64,000 nucleotides of DNA, from NCBI GenBank assembly GCA_043810775.1, contig JBDRNU010000015.1, positions 64,001 through 128,000 on the forward strand, read 5' to 3'. This document shows positions 54,289-63,131 of this stretch, one piece after another. The translations under genes and the position numbers were made by a program. A model generated the notes under the pieces. The model was not told the DNA's origin. It searched no databases and was given only the letters and a program-made list of their open reading frames with translations. The stretch is from an archaeon (GTDB lineage Archaea > Nanobdellota > Nanobdellia > Pacearchaeales > GW2011-AR1). Position 1 is the first letter of the stretch, and each line of letters opens with the position of its first letter.

Positions 54289-54703
54289 AAGGAATAATAA
54301 TTTCTGAAAGATTATAGCTATCATTTCCTTCTTGATATTCTGGAACTAATAATGTTGATCCTCCAAATCTCCTATGGAGGGAAAGGTCAACATAATCTCT
54401 ATCACCTATTACAAGTAGTTCATCGTAACTAAGGTTAAAATCTTCAAGAATCTTTGAATAATCTTTAGGAGTCATTTTTAGCTCATAAAAGCCATCAAAT
54501 AATGTAAGATTAACTTTGCATGCTTCTAAGTCTTTTTTTAATAAATCTAAGCTAGCATCAGATGATGTAACTACTTTTACATTATTCTGCCTGCATTTTT
54601 GTATAAGCTCTTCCAATCCTTTTCTTGGCGGAAGATTATTTTCAGGATCACCTAAGCATAAAACTGTCCCATAAATATCTAAGGCAATTGCTTTTGTTTT
54701 CAT
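54287..54703 (-). CDS. HAD-superfamily hydrolase (cap-less)
   Basis: ALDIYGT, VTSS, PK and VIGDR..VD motifs. Confidence 0.75.
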   Translation of the reverse strand: MKTKAIALDIYGTVLCLGDPENNLPPRKGLEELIQKCRQNNVKVVTSSDASLDLLKKDLEACKVNLTLFDGFYELKMTPKDYSKILEDFNLSYDELLVIGDRDYVDLSLHRRFGGSTLLVPEYQEGNDSYNLSEIIIP

Positions 54704-54752
54704 AGCAGTATGAATAGCTAATATTTAAAAACATATTTGTCATAAAATATAT

Positions 54753-55358
54753 ATGAAAATCTACTTGTCAAAGTCACAATGGGTGATTTTTCTTATAAAT
54801 TTAGTTTACTTAATTGTATTCTCCTATCTTTATTTGCAAAGAGGAAATCTTGAATTTATGATTTATATTGGAGTAATAATTTTATTTTTTGTTTTAATAT
54901 TATTAACTAATTATAAAGTCAAGTTCAGCAATGGAATTTTAATTGGCTTGACAATATGGGGAATTATGCATATGTCTGGCGGATATTTTAAAGCTGGGGA
55001 AGGAGTTTTATATGGCTTGCAAATAATTCCAATTTACACTGGTATTGAATTTGTAATCTTAAGGTTTGACCAGCTTGTTCATGCCATTGGTTTTGGAGTT
55101 GCAACTTTAGTTGCTTTTAATCTTATCAAACCATACTTGAATAAAGAAAAAGTTAACTGGAAAGTTCTATCCTGCCTTGTAGTTTTAATGGGTATGGGGA
55201 TAGGTGCTCTAAATGAGATAATTGAGTTTATTACAGTTGTTTTATTGCCTCAAACAGGTGTTGGTGGTTATTATAATACTATGCTTGATATTTGCTTTAA
55301 TACCTTTGGAGCCATTATTGCTGTTATCTGGATTAATTTTAGAGAGAGAAAAGTTTAA
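54753..55358 (+). CDS. DUF2238-like membrane protein
   Basis: N.EF..Y, H..GG, FD.LVH, G.LNEI.EF and Y.NTM.D..FN motifs. Confidence 0.75.
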   Translation: MKIYLSKSQWVIFLINLVYLIVFSYLYLQRGNLEFMIYIGVIILFFVLILLTNYKVKFSNGILIGLTIWGIMHMSGGYFKAGEGVLYGLQIIPIYTGIEFVILRFDQLVHAIGFGVATLVAFNLIKPYLNKEKVNWKVLSCLVVLMGMGIGALNEIIEFITVVLLPQTGVGGYYNTMLDICFNTFGAIIAVIWINFRERKV

Positions 55359-55999
55359 GCTTTCTTAACAATTTCTAAAAATTCTTTAACTTTTTTCAAG
55401 TCTTTTATTCCTATAGATTTATCTAACTTAGTGCATACATCAACACCATATGGCTTTACTATCTTAATAGCTTCAATTACATTGCCAGGATGTAATCCTC
55501 CTGCAAGGAAAACTGGTTTTTTACATTGCTTGACAATCTCCTTGCTAATATTCCAATCATGAGTTTTCCCTGTTCCGCCCAGCTGATTTTTGAATTTAGT
55601 ATCAAGTAGTATAATATCTGCAATTTTACTATAATTTATGGCTTTTTTTATTGCAGATTTGTCTATAACATTTACAGATTTGACCATTTTAGTATAAAAA
55701 AGAGATTCTTTTATTTTAGTCAAATCTTTTAAGCTAAAATCATGAATAATCTGAACATGGCTTGGCTTTAGTTCATTGCAAGTTTTTATCACTACATTAG
55801 GATTTTTAGAAAAAATCAAAGTAAATATCCATACTTTTCCAGAGAATTTTTTGATTATTAGTTTAGCTCTTTTTTTGAGTATTCTAACTGGTTTTATTGG
55901 AACATCTAAAAGAATTCCTATAGCATCAGCTCCATTATCTATTGCAAATTCAGCATCCTTTATTCTAGTTATCCCACATATTTTGACTTTTAATGCCAT
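55355..55999 (-). CDS. trpF: Phosphoribosylanthranilate isomerase-like protein
   Basis: VKICGIT, GADAIG, VQI.H, LLDT, GGTG.THDW, FLAGGL...NV and PYGVDV motifs. Confidence 0.85.
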   Translation of the reverse strand: MALKVKICGITRIKDAEFAIDNGADAIGILLDVPIKPVRILKKRAKLIIKKFSGKVWIFTLIFSKNPNVVIKTCNELKPSHVQIIHDFSLKDLTKIKESLFYTKMVKSVNVIDKSAIKKAINYSKIADIILLDTKFKNQLGGTGKTHDWNISKEIVKQCKKPVFLAGGLHPGNVIEAIKIVKPYGVDVCTKLDKSIGIKDLKKVKEFLEIVKKA

Positions 56000-56057
56000 T
56001 TTAAATATAGTCTAGATAGTTTTATATACTTTTTCTGAAATCTAAAATAATAGTAAA

Positions 56058-56444
56058 ATGGGAAACAAAGAAAAAGGGGCTAATGCTGAACGCGAGTTAT
56101 ATAAGATGTTTATTGACAATAACTATCGTGCTGTCCGTGTAGCTGGCTCTGGAGTAATGGAAAATGCAGACTGCGATTTACTAGCGGGCAAGAAAGGAAG
56201 AAAATACTGTATTGAAATTAAAGCAAGCAAAAAACCAGTTAAATATATTACAAAAGAGCAGATTGAGAGTTTTATGATTTTTTCTGAAATCTTTAAACTT
56301 ACACCTATAATTGCCCTAAGATTTAATAGGGAGGGATGGTTTTTCTTGCATCCTAAAAATCTGCGAGATTCTGGCAAGAACTGGGTAATAAGTCTTGAAG
56401 AAGCAAAGAATAAGGGGAAGCGCTTTTCCCAGGCTTTTAGTTAA
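56058..56444 (+). CDS. hjc: Holliday junction resolvase Hjc
   Basis: KG..AEREL, VRVAGSG, DL.AG and IEIK motifs. Confidence 0.92.
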   Translation: MGNKEKGANAERELYKMFIDNNYRAVRVAGSGVMENADCDLLAGKKGRKYCIEIKASKKPVKYITKEQIESFMIFSEIFKLTPIIALRFNREGWFFLHPKNLRDSGKNWVISLEEAKNKGKRFSQAFS

Positions 56445-56474
56445 ATTTATATGTTTTTAGTTCTTGGGATTTTT

Positions 56475-56885
56475 ATGAAGATAGTCTTAATTGCGTGTGC
56501 AAGTAGGAAATATAGCACTAAAGCAAAAGCAAAAAATCTCTATATAAGCCCTCTTTTTAAGCTAGGTATGAAATATGCTCACACTCTAAATCCAGATAAA
56601 ATTTTTATTTTATCTGCAAAATATGGGCTTCTAAACCCTGAAACTGAAATTGAACCTTATAATTTAACTTTAAATAAAATGCCAAAAATCCAAAGAGAAA
56701 TCTGGGCAAAAGAAGTTTTAGGAAAGCTAGGTGAAGAATCTAATATTAAAAATGACGAATTTATATTCTTAGCAGGTCAAAGATATCGCGAATATCTTAT
56801 TCCTCATTTAACTGATTATGAAGTTCCTATGCAAGGTCTAGGCATAGGTAAGCAACTTAAATTCCTTACAGAAAGACTAAAATGA
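56475..56885 (+). CDS. DUF6884-like protein
   Basis: I.LIAC...K, A..LY.S.LF, ILSAKYGL, IEPYN.TL, AG..Y and P..GL.IG.QL motifs. ATG 56475 lies about 25 nt after a TATA-like box. Confidence 0.75.
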   Translation: MKIVLIACASRKYSTKAKAKNLYISPLFKLGMKYAHTLNPDKIFILSAKYGLLNPETEIEPYNLTLNKMPKIQREIWAKEVLGKLGEESNIKNDEFIFLAGQRYREYLIPHLTDYEVPMQGLGIGKQLKFLTERLK

Positions 56886-57292
56886 AAATTTATATTGCAG
56901 GACCATTATTTACTGTTTCAGACAGGAAATTTCTTGAAGAAATTGATAAGCTAGTAAAAGAATTAGGATTTGAAACTTATCTACCTCATAGAGATGGAGG
57001 CATTTTTAAAAGAAGCTTTGGAAATAGTGAGATTTTCTTTAAAAAAGATTCAGAAGCGATTAATAATCTTAATATCATATTAGCTGTTCTTAATGGAACA
57101 GATGTTGATTCTGGAACAGCCTGGGAAATTGGATATGCTTATTCTAAAGGAATCAAAATCATTGGCTTTTTAGATGACACCAGGAAACCTTCAAGTGATT
57201 TGCTAAATCCAATGATATATAATTCATTGGCAAAGATATTTAGCAATTTAGAAGAATTAAAAAAATACTTTTTAGAGTTAAAAAATGAGTAA
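56882..57292 (+). CDS. Nucleoside 2-deoxyribosyltransferase / nucleotide N-glycosidase family protein
   Basis: KIYIAGPLF, YLPH, D...I, DSGTAWEIGYA and NPM motifs. Confidence 0.88.
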   Translation: MKIYIAGPLFTVSDRKFLEEIDKLVKELGFETYLPHRDGGIFKRSFGNSEIFFKKDSEAINNLNIILAVLNGTDVDSGTAWEIGYAYSKGIKIIGFLDDTRKPSSDLLNPMIYNSLAKIFSNLEELKKYFLELKNE

Positions 57293-57920
57293 AGAATGTG
57301 AATCTATACATAAAATATTTAATAGTATGAAAGTTTACAACTTTCCTTTTAATACTGGGGAAATTCCTCTTAATGGGATTTATGTTTTATTTGAAAAAGG
57401 AGAAAAAGCTCACAGATATAATAGAATAGTTCGTGTTGGAAGTCATACTGGTAAGAACCAATTAAGATCAAGACTAAATCAACACTTTATTAATGAAAAT
57501 AAAGATAGGAGTATATTCAGAAAAAATATTGGAAGAGCCTTGTTAAATAAGGAAAAAGATCCTTATCTTAAAATTTGGGAACTAGACTTAACTACTAGAA
57601 AAGCTAAAGATAAACTTTCTAACTTGGTTGATAAAGAAAAGCAGCAGAAAATAGAAAAACAAGTAACTAAGTATATTCAAGATAATTTTAATTTTATAGT
57701 ATTATCTGTAGATAACAAAGAAAAAAGATTAGAATTTGAATCTAAAATAATATCTACTGTTTCTTTATGTAAAGATTGTAAAGCATCTAATGATTGGTTA
57801 GGTTTAAGCTCTCCAAAACAAAAAATAAGACAAAGTGGACTCTGGCTTGTTAATGAGTTATACAAGCAGCCCTTAAATGAAGAGGAAATAATTCAGATTC
57901 AGAGTATATTAAATATTTAG
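57285..57920 (+). CDS. GIY-YIG-like nuclease
   Basis: NGIY.L, IVRVGSH, LRSRL.QH, RSIFR..IG and LE...I motifs. Confidence 0.7.
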   Translation: MSKECESIHKIFNSMKVYNFPFNTGEIPLNGIYVLFEKGEKAHRYNRIVRVGSHTGKNQLRSRLNQHFINENKDRSIFRKNIGRALLNKEKDPYLKIWELDLTTRKAKDKLSNLVDKEKQQKIEKQVTKYIQDNFNFIVLSVDNKEKRLEFESKIISTVSLCKDCKASNDWLGLSSPKQKIRQSGLWLVNELYKQPLNEEEIIQIQSILNI

Positions 57921-58184
57921 AATTTTAAACTCAGTAAATCCTTGAAACTTTTCATCTATCTCATCAAGCCTTCTTATCTGCCCGTGCGGAGGCCCTTTTT
58001 TACATATTTCAATCATCTGGTCCACATTCTTGCCATCTCCTTCTATCCAAGCTTCCACCTTCCCATCTTCTAAATTACGGACATGACCTTTAATTTTTAG
58101 CCTATCAGCCTGTTCTTTAATAAATCCTCTAAAAAACACTCCTTGTACACTTCCTGAAATTATGACTTTTACTGCTTTTTTCAT
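57909..58184 (-). CDS. acyP: Acylphosphatase
   Basis: G.VQGVFFR, G.VRN..DG.VE and GPP motifs. Confidence 0.93.
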   Translation of the reverse strand: MKKAVKVIISGSVQGVFFRGFIKEQADRLKIKGHVRNLEDGKVEAWIEGDGKNVDQMIEICKKGPPHGQIRRLDEIDEKFQGFTEFKILNI

Positions 58185-58287
58185 GGTTTAGATATGAAAA
58201 TTAGGTTATTAAAAGTTATGGACTATTCTTTACTGATTTATAATAGGAAAAATTTACATTAATGATTAATTTTAAGCTTAAAAATAG

Positions 58288-58869
58288 CTAAACTTCTCTT
58301 CTATCTAACTCATTATTTAAAATGGTTATTGATTGGGATGCAAAATAAGTTCTTTTCCCCAGAGAAACTAATTTATTTTCTTTTTTAAGCCTCTTTAAGT
58401 CATGTTTATCAAGTCCGTCATGGTCACCAAGCAGAAATACTGCATTTTCTTGAATTTCAGCTTTCCTTATATCTTCTCCTCTTGAGTCCAGAACATAAAT
58501 TTCTTTTCCATCATCTTTTAATTCATCAATAAGTTTCATTAAACTCTTCTTTTCAATAAAAAACCCTTTCCAAACCTCAAATTTTCTACCTTTTTTATAC
58601 TTATAGAGCATTCTTTTTATCAAGCCAGAAATATCTTTTTTGCTTATTTCTAAGCTAGAATCAAGACCAGCCTGCATTTCTAGGTGTTTAGGTGGATCAG
58701 GAGCCCCATAAAATACTAAATGGAGCTTTGCATCTTCCCTCACTTTATGTGATAAAAAAAGAGAATTAATAATAACATGGCAAACTATATCCATTCTGCC
58801 AGCTTGCATTAAATCTGTCCAGTTTCCGCTAGTTCTTGCTTTTTTTGAAAAATAAATAAACTCTCTCAT
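58288..58869 (-). CDS. trmY: tRNA (pseudouridine54-N1)-methyltransferase TrmY-like SPOUT protein
   Basis: MREF, AGRMD.VC, LSH..R, F.LGDH.G, SLG...Y.ASQ and NELD motifs. Confidence 0.88.
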   Translation of the reverse strand: MREFIYFSKKARTSGNWTDLMQAGRMDIVCHVIINSLFLSHKVREDAKLHLVFYGAPDPPKHLEMQAGLDSSLEISKKDISGLIKRMLYKYKKGRKFEVWKGFFIEKKSLMKLIDELKDDGKEIYVLDSRGEDIRKAEIQENAVFLLGDHDGLDKHDLKRLKKENKLVSLGKRTYFASQSITILNNELDRREV

Positions 58870-58899
58870 TAACTAAAGAAATAATAACCTTATATAAAT

Positions 58900-59160
58900 T
58901 TAAGCTGCCTCTTCTTGTAATTTTGAAACAATCCCATTCTCACTTACAAATATTTGAGCTATTTTTCCTTCAACAGGGCATATATCATGAGTAGGTGGGC
59001 CTTGTCTACTAGAAAATTCTAACTTTTTTTGACCATAAGGGCATATAATTTTATTAATACAATATACAATACCAGAATCCTCGCTTTCCTTAGCATGGCT
59101 ACAATAATTTCCCCCTTTTTCTTTCAAGTCTTCAAAATGTTTAGTTATTGTTTGATTCAT
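58900..59160 (-). CDS. Small Cys-containing hypothetical protein
   Basis: ORF with four Cys (YC, YC....CPY, ICP) and an upstream TATA-like box. Confidence 0.45.
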   Translation of the reverse strand: MNQTITKHFEDLKEKGGNYCSHAKESEDSGIVYCINKIICPYGQKKLEFSSRQGPPTHDICPVEGKIAQIFVSENGIVSKLQEEAA

Positions 59161-59222
59161 TGTAATAACTTGATATTCAGTATCTTTTTAAATCTTTCCA
59201 TTGTTATTACTAATAAGTAACA

Positions 59223-60047
59223 CTAATTTAGTACAAATTTGGGCTTATTTGCTTCATATATTCCAATAAATACCTCCTTTGAAAATACCGCCACCATCCC
59301 TTCTCCAAATTCCCCCTTGATCATTTCTTTATGAATAGGGCTTCCATTATATAGCTTGTCTAAAGCATCTTTTTTGACTTGAACTACTGGCAGAATTTCA
59401 CTTATAATTTCAGCTGGAATTAAAATCTCACGCAATTTTTCTTCACTCCCTTTTTTATATTCCTCAACAGCTTCTTTAAATTTGTAAAGATTAACTGAAT
59501 CTTTTTCATCAAATATACTTGCTTTAGTTCTTCTTAGCTCTAGCATATGTGCTCCATCAATATTTTTTCCTAAATCATGAATAAGTTTCCTGATATAAGT
59601 TCCAGCTTGCACTTCAGTTTCAAATAAAAAATCTCTTCCATCTTGCTCAAGTATTTTAAAGGTAAAAATCTCTCTTTCTCTTTCTTGTCTCTTAACCCTT
59701 GATTTAACAGGTGGCTTCTGAATTATCTTGCCAGTGAATTTACTTAATTCTTTTTTTAAATCCCCCATATCTATTTCTTTATGAATCCTCATTATTCCAA
59801 TATAGCTTTTATTTTTATGCATAAAATACTGCTGCAATCTTGAAGCTCTATTTAGTGCTATGGGTAAAACTCCAGTAACTTTAGGATCTAAAGTTCCAAA
59901 GTGGGTAGTTTTTCTCAAGCCAAGCTCTTTTCTAAGATAATCATCAACTTTAAAACTAGTGGGTCCAGAAGGCTTATCTATATTTATTATAGAAAACTCT
60001 AATAATTCTTTTATTGATTTCTGCTTTTTTATTTTCTCAATATTCAT
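59223..60047 (-). CDS. cbf5: Cbf5/TruB-family pseudouridine synthase (short PUA region)
   Basis: DKPSGPTS, H.GTLDPKVTGVL, Q.PPVKS.VKR..R, AGTYIRKL.HD and AHM.ELRR motifs. ATG 60047 preferred. Confidence 0.92.
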   Translation of the reverse strand: MNIEKIKKQKSIKELLEFSIINIDKPSGPTSFKVDDYLRKELGLRKTTHFGTLDPKVTGVLPIALNRASRLQQYFMHKNKSYIGIMRIHKEIDMGDLKKELSKFTGKIIQKPPVKSRVKRQEREREIFTFKILEQDGRDFLFETEVQAGTYIRKLIHDLGKNIDGAHMLELRRTKASIFDEKDSVNLYKFKEAVEEYKKGSEEKLREILIPAEIISEILPVVQVKKDALDKLYNGSPIHKEMIKGEFGEGMVAVFSKEVFIGIYEANKPKFVLN

Positions 60048-60097
60048 AGCTTCTCTAGGCAACAAATCTTTATAAATTTTTAATAAATTGATTTATA

Positions 60098-61867
60098 ATG
60101 TGTGGAATAATAGGATACTGGAATCTTGAAAAAGAGGCTTTTCCCATACTTATAGAATCTTTAAAAAAACTAGAATATAGGGGTTATGATAGTTTTGGAT
60201 TTGCACTAGTTTCAGATAATACTTTGCTTTTAGAAAAGGAAATAGGAAAAGTTAGTGAATCAAAATGCAAAGTTCTTCCTGGAAAAATAGGTTTTGGGCA
60301 CACTAGATGGGCGACACATGGAGCAGTTACAGAAAAAAATGCTCACCCACATGTTGATTGCAATAGGAAAATTGCAGTAGTTCATAATGGTATAATTGAA
60401 AACTATCAAGAAATCAGGAATGCTCTGGAAAAAAATCATAAACTACTAAGTGAAACAGACACAGAGCTTATAGCTCATTTAATTGAAGAAAGCCTAGCTC
60501 TTGGGTTGACTTTTAAAGACTCTGTAATTAAAGTTTCAAATATATTTAAGGGAAGGAACGCATTTATAGCTCTTAATTCTCAATCAGGTGAAATGATAGG
60601 ATTTAGAAATGGTTCGCCTTTAATTATTGGAATCAATAATCTAACTAAAGAAGTATTCATATCTTCAGATATTCAAGGATTTATTCACCATACTAAAGAT
60701 ATAATGTATCTAGATGATAATCAGATTGTATTAATAAAGCAAGAGCCAGAATTTTTTGATACTAAATCTGGCAATCAAATTCAGAAAAGATTGATTAAAA
60801 TTGATTTAGATATAGAGCAAGCTGAAAAGGGAGATTATACTCACTTTATGTTAAAAGAAATAATGGAACAAAAAGAAACTTTGATCAGAGCAATAAATCA
60901 GGATGATTACGAGTTAATGCATGTTGCTTCTGAAATTAATAATGCTAGAGGAGTATTTTTTATTGGATGTGGAACAGCAGCTAAAGTATGTCAAGAAGCA
61001 GAGTATATTTTCTCAAAAGTAGCAGATAGGCACGTAAACTATATCCAAGCTTCAGAATTTGAAAATTATAAGCATTTTCTTCTTCCCGAAACTCTAATTA
61101 TTGCTGTATCTCAAAGTGGGGAAACAGCTGATGTTCTTGACGCTTTAAAAGTTGCTAAAGAAAAAGGCTGCAAAATAATTTCAATATTAAATGTCCCTGA
61201 ATCTTCAATGTCCAGAATTTCTGATTATACTTTTTTAATTAATGCAGGCCCAGAAAAAGCAGTAGCTTCAACTAAAGCCACAACTGCCCAAATTGCAGTA
61301 GTTATACTTTTAGCTTATGCAAGCGCAGGAAAATTAAGAGAAGGTGATAGGTTACTAGTTGATTTAGCTGGAAAAGTAAATGATATGTTAAATCCTCGTT
61401 ATATCGAACATATTAAGAGACTAGCTGAAAAAATATATCAAAAACCAAATATCTTAATTATCGGGCGCGGTCTTAATTATCCAATGGCTTTAGAGTCAGC
61501 AATTAAAATAATGGAAATAAGTTATGCCCATGCGCAGGGATTTGCAGGCGGCGAGCTTAAACATGGCCCTATAGCTTTAATTGAAAAAGAAACTCCAGTT
61601 ATAGCTCTAGTTTCAAATGATGAGGTTAAAGAAGAGATAATTAGTAATGCTATGGAAGTTAAATCAAGAGGAGCATATGTTATAGGGATTGCTCCTGAAA
61701 ATAATGAGGTTTTTGACTATTGGCTTAAAACTCCGGATGTATCTCCAATTGGTTCACCAATTGTTAATATAATTCCAGTTCAGTTATTGTCTTACTATCT
61801 TGGTATTTTTAGGGGGCACGATGTTGACTATCCTAGATCTTTAGCCAAAAGCGTAACAGTTAAATAA
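60098..61867 (+). CDS. glmS: Glutamine--fructose-6-phosphate aminotransferase
   Basis: MCGIIG, LEYRGYDS, GHTRWATHG, SQSGETAD, ELKHGP and LAKSVTV motifs. Confidence 0.97.
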   Translation: MCGIIGYWNLEKEAFPILIESLKKLEYRGYDSFGFALVSDNTLLLEKEIGKVSESKCKVLPGKIGFGHTRWATHGAVTEKNAHPHVDCNRKIAVVHNGIIENYQEIRNALEKNHKLLSETDTELIAHLIEESLALGLTFKDSVIKVSNIFKGRNAFIALNSQSGEMIGFRNGSPLIIGINNLTKEVFISSDIQGFIHHTKDIMYLDDNQIVLIKQEPEFFDTKSGNQIQKRLIKIDLDIEQAEKGDYTHFMLKEIMEQKETLIRAINQDDYELMHVASEINNARGVFFIGCGTAAKVCQEAEYIFSKVADRHVNYIQASEFENYKHFLLPETLIIAVSQSGETADVLDALKVAKEKGCKIISILNVPESSMSRISDYTFLINAGPEKAVASTKATTAQIAVVILLAYASAGKLREGDRLLVDLAGKVNDMLNPRYIEHIKRLAEKIYQKPNILIIGRGLNYPMALESAIKIMEISYAHAQGFAGGELKHGPIALIEKETPVIALVSNDEVKEEIISNAMEVKSRGAYVIGIAPENNEVFDYWLKTPDVSPIGSPIVNIIPVQLLSYYLGIFRGHDVDYPRSLAKSVTVK

Positions 61868-61888
61868 TCTATTTTCAAAGAATAATTA

Positions 61889-62359
61889 ATGGTAAAAAAG
61901 GTGAGAAGAAAATTAAAAGTAAGGGCAATTTTAATTATATTCTTGGTTTTAATTGTATTTATATTTGTAATATCTGTTAAATTATCTTATAACAAAGAAA
62001 AAAAAGTTTGTCTTTACAACTCTTGTTTTAGTGTAGAAATTGCAGATACGCCTGAACTAAGAGCCCAAGGTTTAATGCATCGTACTAATCTAGACTCTAA
62101 CAAAGGAATGCTATTTATTTTTGAGCAAGAAGCTATTTATCCTTTTTGGATGAAAAATACATTTATACCATTAGACATGATTTGGATTAACTCAACTTTT
62201 GATATTGTTTTTATTAAAGAAAATGCACGTCCTTGCTCTCAAGAGCCTTGTGAAAGTATAGTTCCAACACAAAAGGCTCTCTATGTCCTTGAGCTAAATG
62301 CTGGCAAGGCAAGAGAAGCTGGTTTAGCTATAGGAAACAAGTTAGATTTTTCCTTTTAA
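61889..62359 (+). CDS. DUF192 family protein
   Basis: VEIA.T...R..GLM.R, GMLF.F, FWMKNT.IPLD and VLELNAG motifs. Confidence 0.9.
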   Translation: MVKKVRRKLKVRAILIIFLVLIVFIFVISVKLSYNKEKKVCLYNSCFSVEIADTPELRAQGLMHRTNLDSNKGMLFIFEQEAIYPFWMKNTFIPLDMIWINSTFDIVFIKENARPCSQEPCESIVPTQKALYVLELNAGKAREAGLAIGNKLDFSF

Positions 62360-63049
62360 ATAAGCCTGTCTTTTTTCTTCTGGAAACTTTTCAATAGCAT
62401 ACCTTAACATTGTTCTTGGCATTTTTCTATAATTTTTTTTAAGGAATTTTTCCTCTTTTTCCTGATTTCTATTTCCAACTTCCCTCAACATCCAACCAAC
62501 TGCTTTATGAATCAAGTCATGATTATCATTTAATAAAATTTTAGCTATTTTGAAAGTATCTTGGTACTGGTTATTTCTAATAAAAGCAAAAGTTGAGATA
62601 ATTGAAATTCTTCTTTCCCATAAGTTTTTTGATTTTGCTAATTTATAGAGAATATCTCTATTCTTGTCAAGAAGGTATCTTCCAATAACATGTGGTGCAG
62701 AAACATCTACTAAATCCCAGTTATTAATATTTTTAGTATTCTTAAGATATAAATCATAAATTTGCTTTTTCAATTTTTTATCTGATTTTTCAAATTTATA
62801 ACCTAATATTAAGACTGCCACTTGTCTATATTCATGAAGTTTAGAATTTAGTAGTTCTTGAATCTCCTCTAGTTTCAAATCTTTATATTGTTTAGCTATT
62901 TTTCTTTGATCTGTTCCACTTATTCCAATAAAAACATCTCCTTCACCATATTCTCCTTTTCCTGTTTTAAAAAACCAAAGTGAAGCTTTAGCACGCTCAG
63001 GATTAGCAAATTGTCTCAATTCAACTTTAAGATTTTCTAAATTATTCAT
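62342..63049 (-). CDS. DNA alkylation repair protein (AlkD-like)
   Basis: FFKTG.GEYGEGD.F.G, NNWDLVD, LWERR, DLIHKAVGWMLRE and PRTMLRYAIE motifs. Confidence 0.9.
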   Translation of the reverse strand: MNNLENLKVELRQFANPERAKASLWFFKTGKGEYGEGDVFIGISGTDQRKIAKQYKDLKLEEIQELLNSKLHEYRQVAVLILGYKFEKSDKKLKKQIYDLYLKNTKNINNWDLVDVSAPHVIGRYLLDKNRDILYKLAKSKNLWERRISIISTFAFIRNNQYQDTFKIAKILLNDNHDLIHKAVGWMLREVGNRNQEKEEKFLKKNYRKMPRTMLRYAIEKFPEEKRQAYLKGKI

Positions 63050-63131
63050 AAATATATCTTAATTTTTTAGTATATAAAATCTTTTAAACCTTATTTTACT
63101 ATGACTAATGCTCTAAATTTTTAAAAGAAGC

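Noticed and set aside
59223-60065. cbf5 as a pseudogene because of its short C-terminus
   Set aside because: Catalytic motifs are intact and no frameshifted continuation was evident. A streamlined form is more likely.
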